A stretch of DNA of 64,000 nt from the NCBI RefSeq assembly GCF_031769215.1, contig NW_026782195.1, positions 992,001 through 1,056,000 of the forward strand, written 5' to 3'. The position numbers and the translations under genes were made by a program. This document shows, piece by piece, positions 32,200 through 44,900 of this stretch; within the stretch, counting starts at the first letter, position 1, and every line of letters starts with the position of its first letter. A model generated the notes under the pieces. It did not search any database. It was not told the DNA's origin and saw only the letters and a list, made by a program, of their open reading frames with translations. This stretch comes from Ylistrum balloti. Its lineage: Eukaryota.

Positions 32200-32345
32200 G
32201 AAAGTTTCCAACTGTGTGGCCTGATGGTTTGATGTAGAAATCGCCCTTATTCTGATCCGTTGTACGTCCGTCCATGCGCTTCCGTCCATGTGCGTCCGTT
32301 TTGTTTTCGTTATTTCTGTAGATTCGTATTTTAAACAAATGTTTC
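32200..32345 (-). mobile_element. 3' end of a HINE-like element (GGAC-type microsatellite tract)
   Basis: Minus strand GGACGCACATGGACGGAAGCGCATGGACGGACG followed by a short tail; same architecture as 51550-51710. Confidence 0.4.
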
Positions 32346-33653
32346 TCGATATGCATATTTGACGGTTCGATACCTTTTCGGGAGAAGCAAATCGTCACCG
32401 TTTCAGTCTTTGACATTTTAATGATCTTATTGTCTCTATCTGGGGTATTGGAGGATCCTCTCGGTGTTGAGTATTCCGTACTTGGTTGACTATTTCGAGT
32501 CTAATTGAATGCACAATGTCGACATTTTAAGACTAATAGGTCTAATGCCATTTCTCAGAAGATGCGAATAACAACCTCACATGGAGAGGATAATTATATC
32601 AGCAATAAATAACCTGAATATGTTAAAGCATTGTTTATAAGCTAAGGGCATGACTGTTAATATTTCCTTCATTCAAGAAAAAGAACAGGAAAAGAATTTT
32701 CTCATTTTAATGATGGCATAAGATCGCGTTTTATGTACAGTTGTTTTAATGAGTGTAACGTTGCGGGGATTTTGTAGTCAAGTTTGGTCGATGTTGACTT
32801 ATGGGGTAACTTTTAAGTCGTAACATATGCGAACTGAACTGACTAAAGGTTAATGTCGTCTGGGCAAATGTCCATCCTCGATCATCTAGGGGTTACGATC
32901 ACTTTCGTTCTCGACACCCCTGGAACATGTCAAAATTGCAAAATTGAAGGTACAAGCGATGTAGCTTTATAGGTTCGAGAAAAAAAATCTGACCAATCAC
33001 AGGCTGATACGCTCCTTTTGAAGATTACAAAAGAGCTACATCAACAACATCAACGCCGTTACAGTATACCGTTATGCGATCCCTAATTTTGTTTGGTGTA
33101 CGTCATATCAACGAGATGTCGCACAAGGAACCATCAATTTTGCCATAGCATGCTCAAGGGGTGCAGAGAACGAAAGTGATTGTAAACCCTGGAGTATCGA
33201 GTATGTCAAAATGTCAAATTATAAATCTAAACATCTTATGACATCAAGAAAAGCAGATGGGAATTGTTATTAAAGTGAAATAAGCAATGACTAAGGTCAT
33301 TAGGTCAAAGGTCAATTTCGTATTTTGTCTCTATATTAATAGTATAACGTACGGAGACAAAATAAAATCGAATTAGACAAGGGGTCTACTATATCTTCCC
33401 AGTGGAAATATTTTGTCATGAAGTTATTTTCGAAAAAACAATTATCCTTGTTTATAAGATAGTAACAAAATTTGCTAAGAACATTTTGCCTCAATGCTAA
33501 TAAAATCTAAGAGAATCAATTTACAGTAGGTGAGCTTGTTGAAGAAATACTAACAAATGTATTATTATACTCCGTCTAAAATCATTGCCGGGTCAGAGAC
33601 AGCTATGGATCCTGACTGAAATGTCGAGGGTTAATGTTGTTCGAATGTCTAAA

Positions 33654-33798
33654 GTGTGACCATGCAAATCTGTTGAAAAAGCTTTGTATCGAAAGTGTGA
33701 TCATGCCAAACTGTTGAAAACTTTGTATCAAAATTGTGACCTTGCCAAACAGTTCAAGAACTTAGTATCAAACGTGTGACCATGCCAAACTCTTGAGG
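33654..33798. repeat. About 40-bp tandem repeat, about 3.6 diverged copies
   Basis: GTGTGACCATGCCAAACTGTTGAAAACTTTGTATCAAA. at 33654, 33695, 33734, 33774. Confidence 0.85.
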
Positions 33799-35235
33799 AA
33801 AGATGTAATATTCTCTTTGTATGTATGATGAATTGAGAGAGGAGAGTAAACTCTCAAAGTTTCTGCGCCATGGAGGAAAATGTCATCAGGGGTTTAAATG
33901 TTAATATAAACTAAATATTATCCCATTTCCACCTGCTACACCTTGTGTTCTATATCTACTGAAGAATCAATGTTTGTGATATTTTATCAGTCTAGGATGT
34001 CATATTGGGTTTGTTTTAAATTAAAAAAAAAACTCTCCAGATTCAGCTAGACCTGACCACTTGAGCAAGACTGAATTATTCAAAATATGTATAATCCTTG
34101 GCCCCCTGAACGATATACCCGTCACAATCTACAAAGCTGTATATACACGGTAACTATATATCATAATTATGTGCATTTCACCTCTCTGGTTACAATAGAA
34201 ACGGTTACATTACGCGAGAACCCGGCGTACTGGAAATCAGATAGTTTGGTAACATGATTTTCTTTTTTATTCTTTATGAGCGGGATAGTGTTTGAAAAAT
34301 CCATTATAAAAAGGCGGGAAAGCGGAACCAGGAAGGATGGTTATGTAGCCTAGGTGTCACCTATCTGTCACGTATGTAAGGACAAGCGAGCACACAACCT
34401 AACACAATAGATACCCATTACTTACTGGTCTCTCGCTTTTAAGATATGAAATTAAATTCGAGCGTCGTATAACAAAAGGCATGCATGGTGGATAAATAGG
34501 ACAAACTGAATATGCATGGTGAGCAATTATGAGTATAAGTGCTGTTGTAGGCATATATCCTTCGAAACGGTTTCAATATCTTAACACTAGATATGGCTCG
34601 AGTGTCAGGCTGAAAGCCTCGGCGATTACGTACACTGTATATAACTTGGACAGAAAACTAGTGCAGAATGAGATATAGGGTGTTTCAATGGGGGAAATTA
34701 TTAAAGTTGTAAACTGTTTAGATGCGTTCTGAGTTCTTCTGAACGCAAAAATTCCACCACTGCGGGTCCAATAGTATTAAAGACATAATTCGGAAGCTTT
34801 ACGTACACAAACACTACACTATTGTAGATATGTTAGTTTTGAAGTGTTAATTACGAAATCTTTTGACACCAGAAAACTGAAATTCTGTATGTCCTATGAT
34901 TTAAAGTGATATTTTTGAGTAAGACTTCACAAAGAATGGAATGGATGATTGTATATCGCATCCAGTAAGAATATTATGTGTGACGCACTTTCTGAAGACA
35001 AATGACTATTATATCGTAGTGTATTTGCACCGAGGTGTAGAGAGTAAGTGATGGTAATGAAATCACATGACTTTTCGTCTGTAGTATTATCTTTGGTTCA
35101 CTAAGATGGAATGTAGTGCGACGAAATGGTGATAAGATGATAATGGAAACATGCCTATTTGGTGATCTTTTAACGCATACATTAGGTAGCAACAATGTAT
35201 TATCTCATCAAAAGTATATCTGGCAACGCTTTATT

Positions 35236-35560
35236 TCAAACCTGGTAATAGTTGCATGAGAGTCTATGTGACCCCTCGCCTCTGTTTAGTACCGGCCCGC
35301 TGCAGCTTTTACAGATGGCCAACTCAACTGCTTTGAAATTGTCCCACTCAATCATGTGATTTTGATGTGTGATATTTTCTGTTAGTGCTGATGTGCGATC
35401 CGGGACCAGAATCGCTTCCGCTCTGATCTCATGAATGTTCCTGCCTTCAAGGGTTTCCTTGTCGTCTAAGTGTTCGATAAGTGGGACCCCAAATCTGTCT
35501 AGTTTCTTCAACATACAATGCATCCGCTGTCGTATAAATTTGTATATAAATATAAACTTT
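35236..35560 (-). pseudogene. Decayed Penelope-like retroelement GIY-YIG endonuclease C-terminus
   Basis: Across a frameshift: LYVEET (cf. YVGET), RFGVPLIEH (cf. R.GTR..EH), SALTEN...NHMIEWDNFK, LNRGEGSHRLS..Y; the typical tail of Penelope-type ORFs. Confidence 0.65.
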
Positions 35561-36923
35561 TTTCTATTTTTCTACAATTGCGAAACAAGCTATCAGCGTA
35601 TATTAATCACTCTCTTTGGCTCAGATTGAAGCGCGCATGGGGTCTTATTTTGAGAGGAAATTGAAGTTCCCGAAGGAAATTCATGTTATCGGGCAGATGG
35701 CACCTACGCTTAGAGACTTGAACCCTGGGCAAGTGCGTTACGACTGCGCCAACACATATACATTTTTTACCAGCTCACCTTCACAAATGATAGAACTGGA
35801 CACGATTGTTTAGGTAATATGAGTTGGACGGTACTATACAAAGACGGCATTTGTTTTGAAATCAATGACGGATTTTCGAAAATCGTTCTATCACACGCTA
35901 TTACATGTCGTTGGATTTGAAAGCTTCTTTGCCGATTTATTGTAAGCCTTATTACGTATTGGTGTGTACGTAACACCACGAATCAGGTATATCTAAGTCC
36001 GTGTTATACTTTAAGGTAAATCCATGAACATGTTCATGTCCAATTTGAAATAGAAACAATTAAAATAATTGCGTCCGTAATTTGTTTCGAAAGTACGTTT
36101 TCCGTCGGCATGCGTAGTTGATGAAACAGAAGAAAATTAAATATTGCCATAATCTCCATTTGTTAGGGGTCTGTGTCTATATCTTTCCTACGTCTATGTG
36201 TTGCTTTCGTTCAATCTATTTTTAGTTTCAGATTTGGTCAGTAACATGTTGAATTTCGGTGTTTTGTTTTGTAGGGAATATCATTAAACATAGTAAGGAT
36301 TTAGTTTTGAACACCTAAAGTGTGAACAGTGAATCAAAAGCCCGGGTTAGTAAAAGTGCTGTCGGATTTGGATCTCAACTGTAAATGTGCCACCCGACAG
36401 ATTATATTGTCCCTCGGGGCGGTATTTTTGTCAGGTGTTGATATTAATCCTTAAAAGTTGAACAATAGCCTTCCTTCACACTGATACAGTACGGAAACTT
36501 AATTCCTGTGTGCATTATGATATTGTAACTTATAAACACACCAAACTTATTATACACTCTCTCTCTGTAATGGGCATTATTGTTTATAATTTAATGAAAT
36601 ATCTTCTGTTAAGTTAAACTAATTTTCAGGTTGTTGTGATGTGTCAGGGTTGCTGTGCTTAGATACAAGTTTACTAGATAATACAGCTATGCCTGTCTTC
36701 TTTGTGCGGAGGATCACATCACCACCCTGCTGTTTGATGTGTTCTGTATCAGACTGAAAGTCACTACCAAACAGCAGAGGTCCGATCAATACTTCTCTTA
36801 TATTGTCCTGATTTATCACTAAAGAAATATGTAACGAATTATAGGATACAAACTTAAATAGAGATGTTTTTACATTTTTTTTTTATTTCTTAAATTCCAT
36901 CTCTCTCTCTCTCCCTCACGTTG

Positions 36924-37122
36924 NNNNNNNNNNNNNNNNNNNNNNNNNNNNNNNNNNNNNNNNNNNNNNNNNNNNNNNNNNNNNNNNNNNNNNNNNNNNN
37001 NNNNNNNNNNNNNNNNNNNNNNNNNNNNNNNNNNNNNNNNNNNNNNNNNNNNNNNNNNNNNNNNNNNNNNNNNNNNNNNNNNNNNNNNNNNNNNNNNNNN
37101 NNNNNNNNNNNNNNNNNNNNNN
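36924..37122. other. Assembly gap (199 N) flanked by (CT)n tracts
   Basis: Direct reading. Confidence 1.
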
Positions 37123-37324
37123 ATCATCCTCTCTCTTTCTCTCTCTTAAACTTATGAAAGTATGGTTTCTTTTCCACTTGTTATTGTGCGATTTTATTAT
37201 CCTTTTGCCATCTTTTTACGCTTAGAAAATAAATCGCAATAAGATGACAAATTATTACACTAAAATTGACACAAAAAGTATTTGTTCTTGGGCAGCAGAC
37301 AACATATATAACGACCTAGTGAAA

Positions 37325-37381
37325 AAATCCGGAACCAATGCTAAATCCGGAACCAATGCTAAATCCGGAACCAGTGCTAAA
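37325..37381. repeat. 18-bp tandem repeat x3
   Basis: AAATCCGGAACCAATGCT at 37325, 37343, 37361. Confidence 0.95.
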
Positions 37382-38799
37382 TATATATCTATATATATAT
37401 ATATATATTACATTAATTAGACTCAGTTACAGACTTATATCTGTTAGACTACAAGTGTTACCTAGGCAAACATGTCTTTCGTGTCTGATGGACGTTCTCC
37501 AAAGCAGCTTCTAAAGGGAACGAATGAACGTTTCTGATGAAATATTTTATGTATAAATACTTGGAACACATGTAACAGGTTGTCTAATTGCCTTTTACTG
37601 CATAGGTAAAGGTGTAAATGCCACAGAAGAGGATCCATGTCTGGTCAAGTGACACCTCAACATTTCTTACTGACGGTGTTTCCGTGAAAGGACAGCACCG
37701 CTAAACCGAAACTGCTGTCGCAATATCAGAACACTGTTACTGCGATACAATAAAAACAATGTTTCCATTCATGTTACGTCACAGAATCCCGAAATCAGTG
37801 AATTAACATAAATAATGCATTAATCATTCGCCAAAAACGGATAACACCGCTAGCAAACAAACAAATCTGCCGCCGCGAAATGATGACATATTCTAGATGA
37901 AACATTAACACTGCCCTGGAAAATAATGAGATAGTCACCACGAAATGATACCATTACTACTACACTAAATGCCACCTACATCGAAATAAAAACTCTTATC
38001 AAGCGGATAAAACATTTTCATTAATTTACAACGCGGTTAAAAGCATCACGTGTGAATTAAATCACGTGACCGACATGTCATACAGCGATAAGACATGTCA
38101 TACCTTAGCTCAATTTTCTCAGAATTGATGTCACGGCATCATGACGTCACATTGAAGGCGATATAAAATGGATGAGTATGACGACACCGAGAACTTTGTG
38201 ATTGTTATAAACAAATGATTTTATATATAAACAGATGTGTCATAGATATCTAGGTGTAATATCACGAAAGAGATAATTTTACAGAGCCTCGATAAATAAT
38301 CACATATGATGATACGACCATTAAATATCTACAGAAATTAACTATCAACAGAACGTATACACGTTAACTGAACACACGTTGTGTACTTCTACCTCAAACC
38401 GTCTCGGTCTGTAAACAGAATGCTAATGTCCAGGAAACTAGAGAAGAGTATAATAAATGCCACATATGTATATTGTTACACTTACATCCCTCTTACCGAA
38501 TTTCTTTGATGTTTTATTTGATTGCGTATTGCATACATAACATGGGAAAAAAGAAAGGCGGGAATAAGAGATGCTATTTAATTTAGTTCTAAATGCAGCG
38601 TGAAATGCCGAGGCGACATTTAAAATGTATTTATAGTTTTCAAAGTGTTAATGCCAACTTATCATATTTCTATTTCCAGCTTCCGTGTGTTCAGGTCTCG
38701 GTGAGAATTCTTTACACGTCTCGCCGTGTCAACGTTGACTGTAGCTATGACCCACTTAACACAGTATTCACATTACTAAAGTTCATGTATTACTAAGCA

Positions 38800-41090
38800 C
38801 ATTATATACATTGTGTACAGTATATAAAACACTTTGTAAACATTATTATGTAAAATATTGAACACAATGTAAACATTACTGTGTACAATATATAACACAA
38901 TGTAAAAATTACTGTGTACAGTATAACACAATGTAAACATTACTGTGTACATATATATAACACAATGTAAACATTACTATGTACATATATATAACACAAT
39001 GTAAACATTATTGTGTACATATATATAACACAATGTAAACATTATTGTGTACAATATATAACACAATGTAAACATTACTGTGTACAATATATATAACACA
39101 ATGTAAACATTACTGTGTACACTATATATAACACAATGTAAACATTACTATATACATGAATATATAACACAATGTAAACATTACTGTGTACAATATAACA
39201 CAATGTTAACATTACTGTGTACAATATATAACACAATGTAAACATTACTATGTACAGTATATATAACACAATGTAAACATTATTGTGTACAATATATATA
39301 ACACAATGTAAATATTACTATGTACAATATATATAACACGATGTAAATATTACTATGTACAGTATAACACAATGTAAACGTTACTGTGTACAATATATAT
39401 AACACAATGTAAACATTACTGTGTACAATATATATAACACAATGTAAACATTACTGTGTACAATATATATAACACAATGTAAACATTTCGATGTACAATA
39501 TTACACAATGTATACAGTACTTTGTACAATATATATAACACAATGTAAACATTACTGTACAATATATATACAATGATATATATAACACAATGTAAACATT
39601 ACTGTGTACATATATAACACAATGTAAACATTACTATGTACAGTATAACACAATGTAAACATTACTATGTACAGTATATATAACACAATGTAAACATAAT
39701 TATGTACAGTATATATAACACAATGTAAACATTACTATGTACAATATATAACACAATGTAAACATAACTATGTACAGTATAACACAATGTAAACATTACT
39801 GTGTAAAGTATAACACAATGTAAACATTACTATGTACAGTATATATAACACAATGTAAACATTATTGTGTACAACATATAACACAATGTAAACATTATTG
39901 TGTACAATATATAACACAATGTAAACATTACTGTGTACAATATATAACACAATGTAAACATTACTATGTACAGTATATATAACACAATGTAAACATTACT
40001 GTGTACAATATATAACACAATGTAAACATTACTATGTACAGTATAACACAATGTAAACATTACTATGTACAATATATAACACAATGTAAACATTACTGTA
40101 TACAATATATATAACACAATGTAAACATTACTATGTACAATATATATAACACAATGTAAACATATAACACAATGTAAACATTATTATGTACAGTATAACA
40201 CAATGTAAACATTACTGTGTACAATATATATAACACAATGTAAACATTACTGTATACAATATATATAACACAATGTAAACGTTACTATGTACAGTATAAC
40301 ACAATGTAAACATTACTATGTACATATATAACACAATGTAAACATTACTATGTACAATATATATAACACTGTGTACAATATATATAACACAATGTAAACA
40401 TTATTATGTACAATATATATAACACAATGTAAACATTACTGTGTACAGTATAACACAATATAAACAATGTTGCTGTGTACAGTATATATAACACAATGTA
40501 AACATTACTATGTACAATATATATAACACAATGTAAACATTATTATGTACAGTATATATAACACAATGTAAACATTACCGTGTACAGTATATATAACACA
40601 ATGTAAACATTACTATGTACAATATATAACACAATGTAAACATTACTATGTACCGTATAACACAATGTAAACAATATATATTGTGTACAATATATAACAC
40701 TATGTAAACATTACTATGTACAGTATATATAACACAATGTAAACATTACTGTGTACAATATATATAACACAATGTAAACATTACTATGTACAATATAACA
40801 CAATGTAATCATTACATATATATGTAAACATTGTACATATATATAACACAATGTAAACATTACTGTGTACAGTATATATAACACAATGTAAACATAATTA
40901 TGTACAGTATATATAACACAATGTAAACATTATTATGTACAGTATATATAACACAATGTAAACATAATTATGTACAGTATATATAACACAATGTAAACAT
41001 TACTGTGTACAGTATATATAACACAATGTAAACATTATTATGTACAATATATAACACAATGTAAACATTACTATGTACACTACATATAAC
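38800..41090. repeat. AT-rich minisatellite, about 30-35-bp unit, about 2.3 kb
   Basis: TATATAACACAATGTAAACATTACT(G/A)TGTACA(A/G) with a variable number of TA. Confidence 0.97.
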
Positions 41091-41968
41091 ACGTTATTAT
41101 ACAGTACACTTTGACTTATACATACTATACTGTAATTCCGTTATCTCGAATTTTATAATGATCTCGGCGACTGTATCGAGAGGAAACATCCAGGTATTGA
41201 GCTTCAGTACCCTATACCTGACCGAAAGTTTTACCATACAAATATTGACTTGTCCTCAGGCCGGAGTGATTAGAGTGTCATTTTAACCTTACTGGCCAAT
41301 GTCCGGTGTCATTTCTTTCTTGACACAATTTATGATACACACACAGCGACAGTGACGTAATTAAGCTAAGGTATTAGTTATCAGAATGTCAACCTATAAT
41401 TTTCACATGATCTAGTGTACCTGTGTGTTAGTGATTTAAATATTAGGTCAAAGGCATTTATAGCTAACGTGTTTGACATATATGAATAGGTGTTTAGAGT
41501 TACCTCAGGGCTACGCTACAAATATAACAAATATGATAAAATTTTTCATAAATCTTTTATGCATACACAGAGAACGAAATTCATTTTAGCATGTTCAGCG
41601 GTTTATGTGCGCCCTGTAATACACATGGCCATAGTACGCAAGTAGGTGACCCCCGGATTGTGTTAGTGTGTATGTACATACGTTGGGAACGGACTCAAGC
41701 TCCTACGTGCTTCAGGAATAAGCAATGGATCAGTGTACCTAACGTTAGGGATGACCACAGCATTGCGACAGTCAACTGTCCATAAGTGACCAGTGTCCTA
41801 GAACAGAGATTTCGCAATGGAAATTATTTATAAAAAATACGCACTAACATATGGAATTTATATTCTAGTCAACGTGAAAAATATTTAAATTGTGATTATC
41901 TAAGAAGTAATCGGATTCCTTTGGATTTACACGTATTTTAAGTTAATTATCACATGAATTTGTAAACG

Positions 41969-44900
41969 ATGGAGCGCATGGTTTTGAAATGTTTTTTAGC
42001 GTGTGTTGTGACTATACTTATCTCCGATCCGACCCTAGCGGACGAAAGGGTGGGGCGGAAATTATCCCGGAGTAAGAGGTTTATTGAGATGGCTGATGAT
42101 GTGAGTGGACCATTCTGCGCCACCCGCCCGGATGGTCAGTGTTGTCCAGGGAGGGACGACACGTGCACTGTTCCTATACTGGACTCGACCTGTTATTGTG
42201 ATGTGTTTTGTAACGAAACAGCATCCGACTGCTGTCCGGATTTCTTCAGCTTCTGTCACGGTATCAATCCGGAGCCCATCACTCGTGAGTATACAAACAA
42301 CAAATCCATTTAAACAACAGCCCTTTATTGTCAGAATAACTGCTCTATTTTCATGATTGTTCGAACGGATGAAAGTAACCCAAATTCAGAATGAAGTCCC
42401 TTACAAAGACTGCCTCTATCTCTCATAGATCAAGGTTAGGTACTCCTATGTCACTTAACATTGCCATCTCTTCACTCCATCTATATAGGACGCCATAACG
42501 TTTAAGTCTACATTGACGGCAAGGAGGACATTGTTCTGCTGTAGTATTCCCCAGCCTTTTTTACAAGAAATTTTCGTGTCCAATTTGAAATGTGAAACCC
42601 ATAACACTTGATGGTAATCCGTCGACAAACATGGAGTGATCCACGAAACATTACAGACGTTTTATATGAGGTCAGATTATCAAGACCACCGATCATTGGC
42701 CACCATCTTAGAACACAGAAAAATTTTGATCAAGGAAATATTTATTAGGTATTAGTATGCCAGCGTAGCCTTGGATGAGAGCTCTAGAACAATTATTGCT
42801 CTAGAAGACTCATTATCAAATAACCTGTTCAGAAGTCACGTTCTAAACATTAGCTTCTTGCTATAAAAATTGATAGGTTGAGCACAGTAACACCATCTCT
42901 GAAGTGAATCCTGGTCTTACGGTTTTTCTATAGTAGAAAACAGTATAGCTGTGAAGATCATGTAGTAATGTTTGTTTTGCATCAAACATCGCTTTAATTT
43001 TAAATCAAACATTTAGATTCTCAAAGTTTGTATCTGGCGTTGGTGTATTTCTGATGATTTTAGATGTAGTATTGGTGTAATATGTGTCACAGCTATCATA
43101 GTATATCATCTGTGTTGTGATGTATTAGTGTTAGTATAATGTCTAGTATTGGCGCAGCATATTGTATCATAGCTAGTATAATCTCTAGTTCTGGCGCAGC
43201 ATATTGCATTATAACTAGTATAGTTTCTAGTATTGGCGCAGCATATTGTATTATAGCTAGTATAATGTCCAGTATTGGCGCAGCATATTGTATTATAGCT
43301 AATATAATGTCCAGTATTGGCGCAGCATATTGCATTATAGCTAGTATAATGTCCAGTATTGGCGCAGCATATTGCATTATAGCTAGTATAATGTCCAGTA
43401 TTGGCGCAGCATATTGTATTATAGCTAGTATAATGTCCTGTATTGGCGTAGCATAATGTATTATGGCTAGTATAATGTCCAGTATTGGCGCAGCATATTG
43501 TATTATAGCTAGTATAATGTCCAGTATTGGCGCAGCATATTGTATTATAGCTAGTATAATGTCCAGTATTGGCGCAGCATAATGTATTATAGCTAGTATA
43601 ATGTCCTGTATTGGCGTAGCATATTGTATTACAGCTAGTATAATGTCCAGTATTGATGTAGTATAATGTATAACTACTAGAGCTGTGTCTTGTATTCGTG
43701 TAATATAATGCATTAAAGTTAGTATAGTATGCAGTATTTATGCAGAATAATGTATTATTTTTAGTTTACTATATAACATCAGCTAGTATAATGCATTATT
43801 CCTGGTATGATACATAATAATGGTGTAACATGATGCATTATGAACAGTTATTTTATCTATGTACATATAGACTGATGTAGTTTACTTAATCAAAATGCTG
43901 TCAGATTGGTTCAGCAACTTTACTTAAACACATAGTAATCTTAGATTTTATCACACAGTGTGTTAATTAAAGACGACGTGTAGAAAGGATATCAAATATG
44001 TGTTAAAAGGAACCAAGTTGAGTTGTACGATACAGGTTGCCACACACCTCTTTGTAAATGTACTGGTTCTGCGATAAAGCTGATTCTGCATGTGTCACGT
44101 TTTCTATTTTTGAACAAAGATTTGCATTACATAGAAATGGTGTGGTATCATTTTTGATATCAACGACTGAAAAATGAAATTTAAATTTAAACTATTTGTA
44201 ATGTACATTTTATGAGTTCAACTGTATTTTATCGCCGTAACACGAATTTAATGTCCCCAACAACCCCAATCTTTTAAACGTAATTTAAAAGTAATCTTTT
44301 ACAAGAAACATTACCATCGTAATTATTCCTACTAAGTAATCTAGAAATGTGTTCTGCATATAATATTTCTAGTGCTGTTTTGATATTAATATGGTTTACC
44401 TGATAATTCTTACCAGTTTTCACTATTCGGAGAGCGATTCCTTTATCAAAACTCAAGTTCTTGACATATGTCACTACTGAACCAACACAAAAGTATCTAC
44501 TTGTCAACAGAACCTTAACTTAAGCTTAGTTTCGTCGAATATAGTACAGATAGTATGAATAAAGGACAGATTTACAAGAATAACCCTGAAATAGTACACG
44601 GAGAATAAAACACCAGGTGTTCCGAAAGAGTAAGCGTCATTCTTCTTCATTCGCTATTTCATCGTGGTCAATCGAAGTAAAGAATGTCACGTTCCCAAAT
44701 GAGAACAAGATCAACAACAGCAGAACCACAACCATGAAACGCCCAATTTCACCTTGTACATGGAGTTATGTCCACTGTAAAATTTGAACACAATATTCAT
44801 CAACCCGCATCTTTCGTCGAAACCCCATGTTGTAATTTAATCCGTCAGTTAGCGACACGATAACCGACATACTTGAAGCACTACTTAGAATATCGAAACA

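Noticed and set aside
36870-37157. ORFs spanning N runs (also 45017-45413)
   Set aside because: Artefacts of assembly gaps.
39075-40117. Repetitive MLYILYTVMFTLC ORFs
   Set aside because: Translations of a variable-length AT satellite with frequent frame breaks.
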